A DNA stretch of 64,000 bases from a virus. Made by a program: the position numbers and the translations under genes. Below are positions 48,142 through 56,494 of the stretch, one piece after another; the first letter of the stretch is position 1, and every line of letters starts with the position of its first letter. Location: positions 6,874 to 70,873 of IMG/VR virus record IMGVR_UViG_3300032118_003132, one strand, 5' to 3'. The notes below the pieces were generated by a model. It worked only from the letters and a program-made list of their open reading frames with translations, was not told the DNA's origin and did no database searches.

Positions 48142-49326
48142 TTGAAAATTTGTCACTTTGCGGACTCACATATTGCTGCAAGTATGGATGGTCCAACGGA
48201 TCCAGGAACTGGTTTGAATGGGAGAGTACTAGATTTCTTGGATTCGTTGGACTGTTTAATTGATTATTGTATAGATAATGATGCTGATCTAGTATTATTT
48301 GCAGGAGATGCATTTCATAAATCTTCTCCAAATACTGTTATATTGAATGAATACACTAAACGCATATATCGTCTCTCCAAACAATGCCCTATTGTTCTTT
48401 TGGTTGGAAATCATGATGCTCCTTACAGCAATACTGAAAAAGTATCCTCGATTGAGGTTTATAATTCTTTAAAAATACCAAATATTGTAATTGGAAATAA
48501 ATATGAAGTCATATCAATAGAAACAAAGAGTGGTATAATACAGATTGCAACATTCCCTTATCCTTCTAGACAAATATTCAAGACTGCAAAAGATATTTCC
48601 AATAAAATAAAATCATTGGAGAAATGTATAACTCAATCATCTCCTGCTATATTCCTAGGGCATTTTGGTATAAAGGGTGCCAAAGTTGGCTCAGAAAGTG
48701 AATATATCATATCTGATGAGGCACAATTGGAAGTCTCTTGGTTAACCAGAGGTCCTTGGGATTATGTTGCTCTAGGACATATACATAATTATCAATGTTT
48801 GAATGAGGGAGAAATTCCTCCAGTTGTATATCCTGGAAGTCTGGATAGAGTAAACTTTGGGGAGGAGAATCAGGATAAAGGTTTTATATGGTTGGAAATA
48901 ACTAAGGAGACAATAGATTATTATTTTGTCAGTGTAAATCCTAGACCAATGATAACATTGGATTATGAGTTTGATAATGCATCTAGGCATATTACCAGAA
49001 AGATAGTAGAGGATATAGAAAGTAGAGATTTGCGAGATAGCATAGTGCGAGTTAGGATAAAAATACCTGATAGATTATCTAATATGCTTAGAACTGTTGA
49101 GATTTATGAGGCTCTCAGAGGATGTTATTTTATACATTCATTATCAATTTCTAGGACTAGAGAACTAGAGGAAACTAGGTTGGGAGATTTAGGTGTGCCA
49201 TTATCATCCTTACCAAGTTTAGAATTATTAGATAAGTACTTTACTTCCATTGTTCCAGTGGTAGGCGATGGAAAGCGCAAATTATTGAAATTAGCAACGG
49301 AGATTATGGAGGAAAGCAATGAATAG
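48142..49326 (+). CDS. sbcD: SbcD/Mre11-family nuclease
   Basis: ADSH, AGD.F, GNHD, LGHIH, YPGS...F.E. Confidence 0.9.
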   Translation: MKICHFADSHIAASMDGPTDPGTGLNGRVLDFLDSLDCLIDYCIDNDADLVLFAGDAFHKSSPNTVILNEYTKRIYRLSKQCPIVLLVGNHDAPYSNTEKVSSIEVYNSLKIPNIVIGNKYEVISIETKSGIIQIATFPYPSRQIFKTAKDISNKIKSLEKCITQSSPAIFLGHFGIKGAKVGSESEYIISDEAQLEVSWLTRGPWDYVALGHIHNYQCLNEGEIPPVVYPGSLDRVNFGEENQDKGFIWLEITKETIDYYFVSVNPRPMITLDYEFDNASRHITRKIVEDIESRDLRDSIVRVRIKIPDRLSNMLRTVEIYEALRGCYFIHSLSISRTRELEETRLGDLGVPLSSLPSLELLDKYFTSIVPVVGDGKRKLLKLATEIMEESNE

Positions 49327-49760
49327 TGATTTGAGTATGGCTCAAGGAATTATAATTATTAGTCTTTGTCTAATTATGATATTTGGAGTAATAAATATGA
49401 TGAGAGTGCATGTTCGCACTCAGAAATATATCAAAAGAATTAGAGAAGAAAGAGAAACTGAAAGAGAATTGGAAAAGCAATCTCAAGAGGATATGAAAGA
49501 AGCCATGAGGCATTATGACTGATAGTCGAGATATGTTTGGAATGATTATGGGGATTAAGATATTTTATTCTTTGGCTATGGATGATGTTAAAATAGTCAG
49601 TCGTACATGGAAAGAACGATTATTCTCATTACCTTGGAAGCCACTCCAACGGATCAAAGTCATCCATAAACCCTATTGTGCTATTATAAATAACAATTTA
49701 TATGCACACCCATCACTTAAAGAAGAAATCGAACATATCTGCAAAAAGGTAACTATATGA
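49319..49760 (+). other. Two small hypothetical ORFs (49319-49522 membrane-anchored; 49515-49760)
   Basis: Overlapping start/stop codons. Confidence 0.55.
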
Positions 49761-50734
49761 CTAAGATTTCCGATGATCTGAAACAAAAGAAATTGAGTGT
49801 TATGTTCCTTAATGATGAGGAATCTCCCTGTGTTGTATCGGAATGGGTGAGTACTGGCTGTTTGGCTCTTGATGCCATAATGGGTGGTGGTTTGCCAGTC
49901 GGGAGATTAGTGGAAATATTCGGAGATCCCTCTACTGGTAAATCTTTAATAGCTTCTCAGATAGCAGCTATTGCTCAACAGATGGATGCCATAGTGCTGT
50001 ATATTGATACTGAGACAGCGGTATCTAAGGATATGATGGCTGAGGTTGGAGTGGATATTTCCAAACTTTTATATGCTTCTCCAGATACAGTAGAAGAAGT
50101 ATTCACCATAATTTCTGAGACTATAGACTCTAAAATTAGTATCGATCCTGATTGTTTATTAGTGATAATTTGGGATAGTATTGCTGCCACTTCTATAAAG
50201 CAGGAGATGGAGGCTGAGTTTGGAAAAGCCACTATGGGGAGACATGCTGCTCTGATAAGTCAAGGACTGAGGAAGATTACTAGAAAAATATCAAAGAATA
50301 AGGTTTGTTTTGTGGTATTGAACCAGACTAAGGAAAAGTTAGGTATTCTGTTTGGGGATAATGTTACCACTTTTGGTGGCAAGGCAGTATCATTCCATTC
50401 TTCTATCCGTCTTCATCTTCACATGAGTGGCAAAATTAAGTTAAATAAACATATTATTGGGATTAATGTGAAAGCTGTTACCGATAAGAATAAGATAGCA
50501 GTACCATATAGGGAGGCAATCCTCCCGATTTACTTTGGGCACGGAATAGATGATACAGAGGCATCACTTTTATTTCTTAAGGATGCTGGCATAATTACTA
50601 CCAGTGGAGCATATTCTTATATTTCTATCACCGGAACAAAATTCAAATTTCAGAGACAGGGATGGGATAAATTATATGAAAATAATTATAATGCTATTGA
50701 GGAAATAGTGATGAGTGTCTATGATGCAAACTAA
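49757..50734 (+). CDS. recA: RecA/UvsX recombinase
   Basis: STG..ALD..MGGGLP.GR.VEIFG..STGKS, IDTE, WDSIAA, NQ, T.GGKA..F..S.R. Confidence 0.93.
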   Translation: MTKISDDLKQKKLSVMFLNDEESPCVVSEWVSTGCLALDAIMGGGLPVGRLVEIFGDPSTGKSLIASQIAAIAQQMDAIVLYIDTETAVSKDMMAEVGVDISKLLYASPDTVEEVFTIISETIDSKISIDPDCLLVIIWDSIAATSIKQEMEAEFGKATMGRHAALISQGLRKITRKISKNKVCFVVLNQTKEKLGILFGDNVTTFGGKAVSFHSSIRLHLHMSGKIKLNKHIIGINVKAVTDKNKIAVPYREAILPIYFGHGIDDTEASLLFLKDAGIITTSGAYSYISITGTKFKFQRQGWDKLYENNYNAIEEIVMSVYDAN

Positions 50735-50924
50735 ACCAGAACCTTATTGCCCTGTATGTGGTGCAAAAATGATTTTGCGTCAACCAAAACCTAATCAATC
50801 TTGGAAATCTTTTTGGGGATGTGGTCAATATCCTGATTGTAAAGGCACAAGAAATATTAATCCAGAAACAGGAAAGCCAGTAGATGACTTTGATGATGAC
50901 GATGATTATTTATTGGATGATTAA
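50721..50924 (+). CDS. Stand-alone topoisomerase-type C4 zinc-ribbon protein
   Basis: CPVCGAKM.LR....FWGC..YP.C..T. Confidence 0.8.
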   Translation: MMQTKPEPYCPVCGAKMILRQPKPNQSWKSFWGCGQYPDCKGTRNINPETGKPVDDFDDDDDYLLDD

Positions 50925-50952
50925 ATGATACTTCTGGTGGATAGGAGATAAT

Positions 50953-51096
50953 ATGGCACTTCGTGATAATTTGAAATGGGAAGATTGGATTTGTCCCGAA
51001 TGTGGAATATTTGTTAAAAGAGGAATAAATCATCGTTGTCATCCTAAAGCAATTCGGATAAATAGAAAGATAACAAAAAAAGACAACAAAAAATGA
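50953..51096 (+). CDS. 47-aa Zn-finger micro-protein
   Basis: AGGAG RBS, WICPECG....HRC, ATGA overlap with the next gene. Confidence 0.5.
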   Translation: MALRDNLKWEDWICPECGIFVKRGINHRCHPKAIRINRKITKKDNKK

Positions 51097-52052
51097 TACT
51101 TTTGATTGACGGGAACAACATGGCTTATAAATGTAAATTTGTATTTAGTCTATCCAATAAGGGGATGAATGTTTCCGTCACTTATGGGTTTATTCATACA
51201 CTCAACAGTCTAATGGCAAGATACAATCCATCCTCCATAATTGTCTGTTGGGATGGAGGAATTCCGGATTTCAGGCGTCAAGCTCTGCCCCAATATAAAG
51301 CCAACAGAGTCAAGGATTGGGACGATGTTGAGCGCGAGGATTTCTATAGGCAGATAAATGAGTTGGCTGATTTTGTACTCCCAATTATGGGAGTTATTTC
51401 CATTAGGCAGTCTGGTGCCGAGGCAGACGATTTATTATATCATGCATCTAAAATCATATGTGATAAAGATATAATAATAGTCACATCGGATAAGGATTTA
51501 TTTCAGGCTTGTAATGGAAATGTTAGAGTTCTGAAAGGTGATAAATTAATAACTACGAAAGAGGTAGAGGAATATATAGGTTTGCCATTCTGTGAATTTA
51601 TAGAATGGAGAGCATTACAGGGTGATAAATCTGATAATATTCCAGGAATACCTGGTGTTGGGGAGGTTACAGCTACCAAGTTATTGAATACCTTTGGAGA
51701 TATATCATGCCTATGGAACTCTGCTAATGGGGCAAGTCCTAAAAAGAATCTAATGAACTTAAAGATGGCAGATAAGATAAAATCGTTTGGATTTCAGGCA
51801 TTGGTAACAAACATAGTTGTATCTAGATTATATATTGACAAGGTTGGAGCCAGATTGGCACTCATTTCCAATATCTATCCTTATAGCGGTGCAAATATAC
51901 GTATGCTAAAAGGATTCCTTATATCTAGAACCTTCACATCATTATTGGCTTCAGAATTATTTACAAATGTGCGGAAATTGAAGCCTCCTAGAATAAAGCA
52001 TAATATGGTATTCCCAGTAAATATTGGGAGGAGGTATCCAGTTGGAATATAG
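51093..52052 (+). CDS. 5'-3' exonuclease / flap endonuclease (PolI N-terminal type)
   Basis: LIDGNN, WDG, YKANR, EADD, SDKD, GDKSDNIPGIPGVGE.TA. Confidence 0.92.
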   Translation: MILLIDGNNMAYKCKFVFSLSNKGMNVSVTYGFIHTLNSLMARYNPSSIIVCWDGGIPDFRRQALPQYKANRVKDWDDVEREDFYRQINELADFVLPIMGVISIRQSGAEADDLLYHASKIICDKDIIIVTSDKDLFQACNGNVRVLKGDKLITTKEVEEYIGLPFCEFIEWRALQGDKSDNIPGIPGVGEVTATKLLNTFGDISCLWNSANGASPKKNLMNLKMADKIKSFGFQALVTNIVVSRLYIDKVGARLALISNIYPYSGANIRMLKGFLISRTFTSLLASELFTNVRKLKPPRIKHNMVFPVNIGRRYPVGI

Positions 52053-52545
52053 ATATTTTATGGGAATTGACCCTGGTAAGTCTGGGGGAATTGCTGTTAT
52101 AAATATAAGGGATAATCTTGTATCTGTGACACCAATGATATTTGATGGAAAATTTATTGATTTTCATAAGATGGCACAATGGATTAAGGCTCATTGTGGT
52201 TATGGGATTAATCAAGCAAATGCGATTGGTAGCACTATTGTTGCTATCGAGAAAGTCAATGCTATGCCAGGTCAGGGTGTAGTATCTATGTTTAGTTTTG
52301 GTACATCATTTGGAGGGATGCTTGGTATACTTGCAGCTTTGGAAATCCCAACTATCATGGTTCCACCTCAGAGGTGGAAGAAATTTACTCTTGCCGATAC
52401 TGATAAATCCAAAGAGGCTGCCATAACATTCTGCACTATGGCATATCCTAATGTAAATCTTCGTGCCACTGAGCGATCTAAGAAACCGCACAGTGGCATT
52501 TGTGATGCTCTGTGTATTGCATACTATGCTTGCTATACTTACTAA
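52042..52545 (+). CDS. RuvC-like Holliday junction resolvase
   Basis: GIDPGKSGGIA, IEKV..MPGQGV.S.F.FG, P..WKK, DAL.IA. Confidence 0.85.
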   Translation: MEYRYFMGIDPGKSGGIAVINIRDNLVSVTPMIFDGKFIDFHKMAQWIKAHCGYGINQANAIGSTIVAIEKVNAMPGQGVVSMFSFGTSFGGMLGILAALEIPTIMVPPQRWKKFTLADTDKSKEAAITFCTMAYPNVNLRATERSKKPHSGICDALCIAYYACYTY

Positions 52546-52557
52546 CATTGATGACTA

Positions 52558-53256
52558 ATGATATTCGATGCAGAGAATGTAAAGAAGTCGGTTATCGAGT
52601 GGCAGTGCACGAAATCTGTTACTGTTCTTGAACGCATTTATGTTGGTACAAATAAGCTAATAGAAGTAATAGTTTCATCCTATGATCCACTTTTCAGGGA
52701 CGACATGATTCAGGAATGTCGTCTCAAATTAATTACAGGAGCATTGCAGGGTTATGACTCGGGATATTCCCTGCATAATTATCTTACAACAGTATTTCAT
52801 AATTGTTGTAGGACATATATGAAAAAGCAATATAAGATTTCCAATTTGTTCGAGGATTTTGAGGTTGTAGAGCATATTCCAATTATAATTTCTAATGATA
52901 CTGAAATCATGGATGATGCTATATGTCGTAACCGCTCAAGATTTCCATCTTTGCCAGTGGAAGTCATAGATGATGTCACTGAATATGTATTGATTAGGTT
53001 GGCAGGTGATATGGGGAAGAAACGTGGAATTGTTGCAGAGATAATGGAAAATTTTAATATCTCTAGGCATATTGCCACAGTTATTTATCATAGTATTATG
53101 ATATATATTAGGGGGAAATATGATGCCAATGTTATGGATATTCCCAAAGAGTTAAATGAATTTTCATTGTTACCAGATTTGCGTGAGGAATTAGGAGACG
53201 CTGCTGTTCAGAGATTGTTGTTAGTGTTCTCTGGATTATGCATTCGTATCCCATAA
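52558..53256 (+). CDS. Sigma-region-2-like protein with Mor-like C-terminal motif (putative late transcription factor)
   Basis: DDMIQE...YD....NYLT...N; ELGDAAVQRLLLVFSGLCIRIP. Confidence 0.5.
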   Translation: MIFDAENVKKSVIEWQCTKSVTVLERIYVGTNKLIEVIVSSYDPLFRDDMIQECRLKLITGALQGYDSGYSLHNYLTTVFHNCCRTYMKKQYKISNLFEDFEVVEHIPIIISNDTEIMDDAICRNRSRFPSLPVEVIDDVTEYVLIRLAGDMGKKRGIVAEIMENFNISRHIATVIYHSIMIYIRGKYDANVMDIPKELNEFSLLPDLREELGDAAVQRLLLVFSGLCIRIP

Positions 53257-53258
53257 GC

Positions 53259-53283
53259 GTATATATTCTTAGGAGTATATATG
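53259..53283 (+). promoter_or_regulatory. Late-promoter/RBS motif, copy 2, at the start of the tail operon
   Basis: GTATATATTCTTAGGAGTATATATG. Confidence 0.55.
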
Positions 53284-53778
53284 CTCTTTGTATTTAAGCA
53301 AATTAAACCTGCTAGGTTGAAGGTTGATGCCTTGAGGCTTGCACTCTTAACAGGTATACATGAGGTGCAGCGTGAAGCCTTGAAGGATTATAAAGCTATT
53401 ACAGAGACATGGGAACATAAGGTAGTGTGGGATACTGCCATTTCTCTCATGGGTGGTCCAACAATAATCATAGGCTCTGATGATCAGATATTACGATGGT
53501 TGAATGACGGTACTCCTCCTCACGATATACCTAAAAGGAGAGGAGCAAAGACTTTGAAATTTCAGAGTGGTTTTATTCCTAAAACTTCACCCGGATGGAT
53601 AGGCTCACGTAAAGGTGGAAAATCTGGTGATTATGTCAAACGCAAAAGAGTTAGGCATCCCGGATTTGAAGCAAGAAATTATGAAAAAGTCTTAGGAGAT
53701 AAATGGAAACCAAGATTTAAACGTCGCATGGAGCAGGCAATGAGGGATGCTGCTAAAGCTTCAGGTCATGGAGTGTGA
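53281..53778 (+). CDS. HK97 gp10-like neck/tail completion protein
   Basis: GT.PH.I...L.F....V.HPG. Confidence 0.65.
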   Translation: MLFVFKQIKPARLKVDALRLALLTGIHEVQREALKDYKAITETWEHKVVWDTAISLMGGPTIIIGSDDQILRWLNDGTPPHDIPKRRGAKTLKFQSGFIPKTSPGWIGSRKGGKSGDYVKRKRVRHPGFEARNYEKVLGDKWKPRFKRRMEQAMRDAAKASGHGV

Positions 53779-54140
53779 ATATGATAGTTATTGTTAAGAG
53801 CAGAGAAAAGAAAGCTGTAGTCGTCGAGTATCTTGATGATAATAGTGTAAAGCAGCGATGTATAATTCCGGAGGAATCTCTTGGAGATGGAAATGTAGTC
53901 AGGGATGAACTACTCTCCGCATCTATTCCTTATGGGGTAGATTGGGAATTCCATTTAGAGGGAGTGGTCGGAAATGTGACCTCGGCATCAATCGCTGAAG
54001 AATTCCACAAAGTCGGTTTATGGACAGCAGAGGATATCATGAAAAATCCTGGTAAAGTCCAGGGAGCATTGCAGTCTGCCTATGGACTGGACTACGCTGG
54101 AGTCATAAATATTGCTAAGAATTTAGCAAGAAAAGTGTAG
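53775..54140 (+). CDS. Hypothetical protein in the tail module
   Basis: Coupled ORF. Confidence 0.55.
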   Translation: MNMIVIVKSREKKAVVVEYLDDNSVKQRCIIPEESLGDGNVVRDELLSASIPYGVDWEFHLEGVVGNVTSASIAEEFHKVGLWTAEDIMKNPGKVQGALQSAYGLDYAGVINIAKNLARKV

Positions 54141-54150
54141 GAGGTTTATT

Positions 54151-55644
54151 ATGTCTGAAGGCTATTCGTTAGCTGGTGAAGGAGTAATCTGGATACAACC
54201 AGAGGGTCCTAACACTGAGCCAAAGGTTCTTGCCTGTCACATGATAGGAGATATTGCAGAGCCTCAAGGCGATGTTACACGCTTCTATTGTCCAGATCCG
54301 GAAATTCCCAATAAGTTCAATGTGAAAGGCAGTTTCCAGGGTGAGCCTGGTGCCATAACTTTTGCTATTGAAACCGATATGATGAAGACGTTTGATTACT
54401 TGGAAAAAGTCCATTGCCCTGTGTCTATTTATGTTGGTAAAGTGAGTTGTGGTCGCAAGAATGTGTTTGGAGCATATGACCGCATGTTTGTTATGGAGAG
54501 AAGTTGGCTCACTTCTAAGGGCATGAGTAATATGGTTGCAAGTGATCCTGCATCTCAAGAGCGTACCAAACAAAAATTCGAAATCAGTCCGGAAATAATG
54601 CTAAGAGTCTTCAAGCGTGAGGCTGCGAGAGTAGCTATTGCCGAGACTGAAGGATTGAACACCATAACTGCTTGCAGTGAATTCCAATGTGCAGGTGATT
54701 GTGGTAATGCCACGAACCTAGGAGATAACCTATTCGTTGGTGGTGATACTTTGGCAGGTTCTCCTGTCAATACCGCAGATGTTTGGGAATCTGAAGATGC
54801 GGCAGGTAGTTGGGATTTAGCTCCAACAGATCCGTTTGTTGCAGCAGAAATTATTGCTGCTATCAAATGTGTGAAAATTGACCGAGATACCGTCCGGATA
54901 ATCGTCACATGTGGTACAACTGGAGCTGGTCATGCACACATTGCTTATAGTGATGACGGTGGTGTGACCTGGGCACAAGTGGATGTTGGTGATGTAGATA
55001 CTGCATATTTCACTGGTCCAAAATCTCTATTTGTATTGGATTACTATAATATCTGGGCAGTTACCACCGATGGTCATATCTATAAAAGTAGTGATGGTGC
55101 TACTACCTGGGTTGAGCAGGGTATTGGTGTTACCATTCAAGACTTGAATGCGGTTAGTTTCTCTGATAGTCTAAATGGTTACGTCGTTGGAAATTCCAAT
55201 GTAATCCTAAAAACAGAAGACGGTGGAAATCTGTGGTATATCGTTACCGCTCCTATTGCTCAAGCTGGCTTCGATATTCTTAGTGTGAAGTGTCATAGTA
55301 AACATCGAGCATTCATCGGTTATGACACTAACACTGGGGAATTGTACTATACCCATAATGGTGGTATCGATTGGTATAGGCGTGCTACTCCGGTGTCGGG
55401 TGCTGGCGCGATTGTGGCAATGGATTGGTACGACGAACATGTTGGTGCGTTTATCCATAATACCGCTGGTCTGGTTGGTTCCATCTACTGGACAGTGAAT
55501 GGTGGATACACCTGGGAAGTTGTGCCATTATCAGAATCCAACTCTGGCTTGAATGATATCATCATGATTGATGTGAATACAGCCTATGTGGTTGGAGAAA
55601 TTGATGGTGGTACAGCAATGATTTACAAAGTAACAGGTGGATAA
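54151..55644 (+). CDS. Probable major tail (tube) protein with C-terminal Asp-box beta-propeller
   Basis: Strong RBS, upstream of chaperone and TMP. Repeated S.DGG.TW boxes in the C-terminal two thirds. Confidence 0.65.
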   Translation: MSEGYSLAGEGVIWIQPEGPNTEPKVLACHMIGDIAEPQGDVTRFYCPDPEIPNKFNVKGSFQGEPGAITFAIETDMMKTFDYLEKVHCPVSIYVGKVSCGRKNVFGAYDRMFVMERSWLTSKGMSNMVASDPASQERTKQKFEISPEIMLRVFKREAARVAIAETEGLNTITACSEFQCAGDCGNATNLGDNLFVGGDTLAGSPVNTADVWESEDAAGSWDLAPTDPFVAAEIIAAIKCVKIDRDTVRIIVTCGTTGAGHAHIAYSDDGGVTWAQVDVGDVDTAYFTGPKSLFVLDYYNIWAVTTDGHIYKSSDGATTWVEQGIGVTIQDLNAVSFSDSLNGYVVGNSNVILKTEDGGNLWYIVTAPIAQAGFDILSVKCHSKHRAFIGYDTNTGELYYTHNGGIDWYRRATPVSGAGAIVAMDWYDEHVGAFIHNTAGLVGSIYWTVNGGYTWEVVPLSESNSGLNDIIMIDVNTAYVVGEIDGGTAMIYKVTGG

Positions 55645-55675
55645 AGTATTTCCAAAACTCGGAGAGTTATGTCAT

Positions 55676-55716
55676 CCTTGCAGTTGGTGCGAAACTCTCC
55701 CGCATCAGCTGCAAGG
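55676..55716 (+). terminator. 16-bp hairpin after the tail tube gene
   Basis: CCTTGCAGTTGGTGCG / CGCATCAGCTGCAAGG with two G-U pairs. No U tract. Confidence 0.5.
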
Positions 55717-55737
55717 TTGAGATAGAGGACAAATAAA

Positions 55738-56328
55738 ATGACTAAGAAAGTGGAAATCCCTAAAAAAGAGAAAGATATAGTTACATTTACAACCAGTCTT
55801 GGTAAGACTGTGATAATTAGGAAAATTCCTCAATTACTGTTGGATAAAATTCAGGCTTCTATTGATAGACCTGAACCTCCAAAGTATAAAATAATTACTG
55901 CTAGTGGTGAGGAAGTATGGGAGTCTCATACTGAGAATACTTTGGAAACAGATGATGATAAACTTTTATACAAGAAATATAAAGAGGCAATGACTGAGGC
56001 TGATAATAAACTTAACGAGAATATGTTCAAGGTTATTATTATGCGAGGTATAGATATTCCTTTGCCAGAAGATACTTCATGGATAGATATGCAGCGTTTC
56101 TTAGGAGTGAAGATACCCGATGATCCTCTAGAACTGAAATATCTATATATTCAGACAGAGATCATAGGTACTGCCGAAGATATCGTGGCACTGACCTCTA
56201 TGGTAATGGAAATGACTGGTGTCCCGGAGGACGCTCTGGCTGAAGCCAGGAAATCCTTTCAGGGTATTGTTCAAAGGACAGCAACTCCTGAAAATGGAGA
56301 ACCTGGTGAGCAACAGGTGGAAAGCTAG
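55738..56328 (+). CDS. Tail assembly chaperone (gpG-like)
   Basis: Lies between tail tube and TMP. Confidence 0.65.
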   Translation: MTKKVEIPKKEKDIVTFTTSLGKTVIIRKIPQLLLDKIQASIDRPEPPKYKIITASGEEVWESHTENTLETDDDKLLYKKYKEAMTEADNKLNENMFKVIIMRGIDIPLPEDTSWIDMQRFLGVKIPDDPLELKYLYIQTEIIGTAEDIVALTSMVMEMTGVPEDALAEARKSFQGIVQRTATPENGEPGEQQVES

Positions 56329-56494
56329 TCCTGGTTTTGCTCTTTTACAAACTGCTAAAGATTGGGGTTACAAACCGAGTGTTTTAGGTTTATGTGACCC
56401 AGAAGAAGACCTGCTATATATGGTGGCTTATACTGCCACGGTGGCAGACATGGAAGCAGTAGAGAAAAAAGAAACCGAGGCAAGTAATACTTAA
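56258..56494 (+). CDS. Frameshifted chaperone extension (gpT-like, +1 frame)
   Basis: Overlapping +1-frame ORF ending at the TMP start, with no RBS of its own. TCC TTT CAG at 56254-56262. Confidence 0.55.
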   Translation, partial: FRVLFKGQQLLKMENLVSNRWKASPGFALLQTAKDWGYKPSVLGLCDPEEDLLYMVAYTATVADMEAVEKKETEASNT

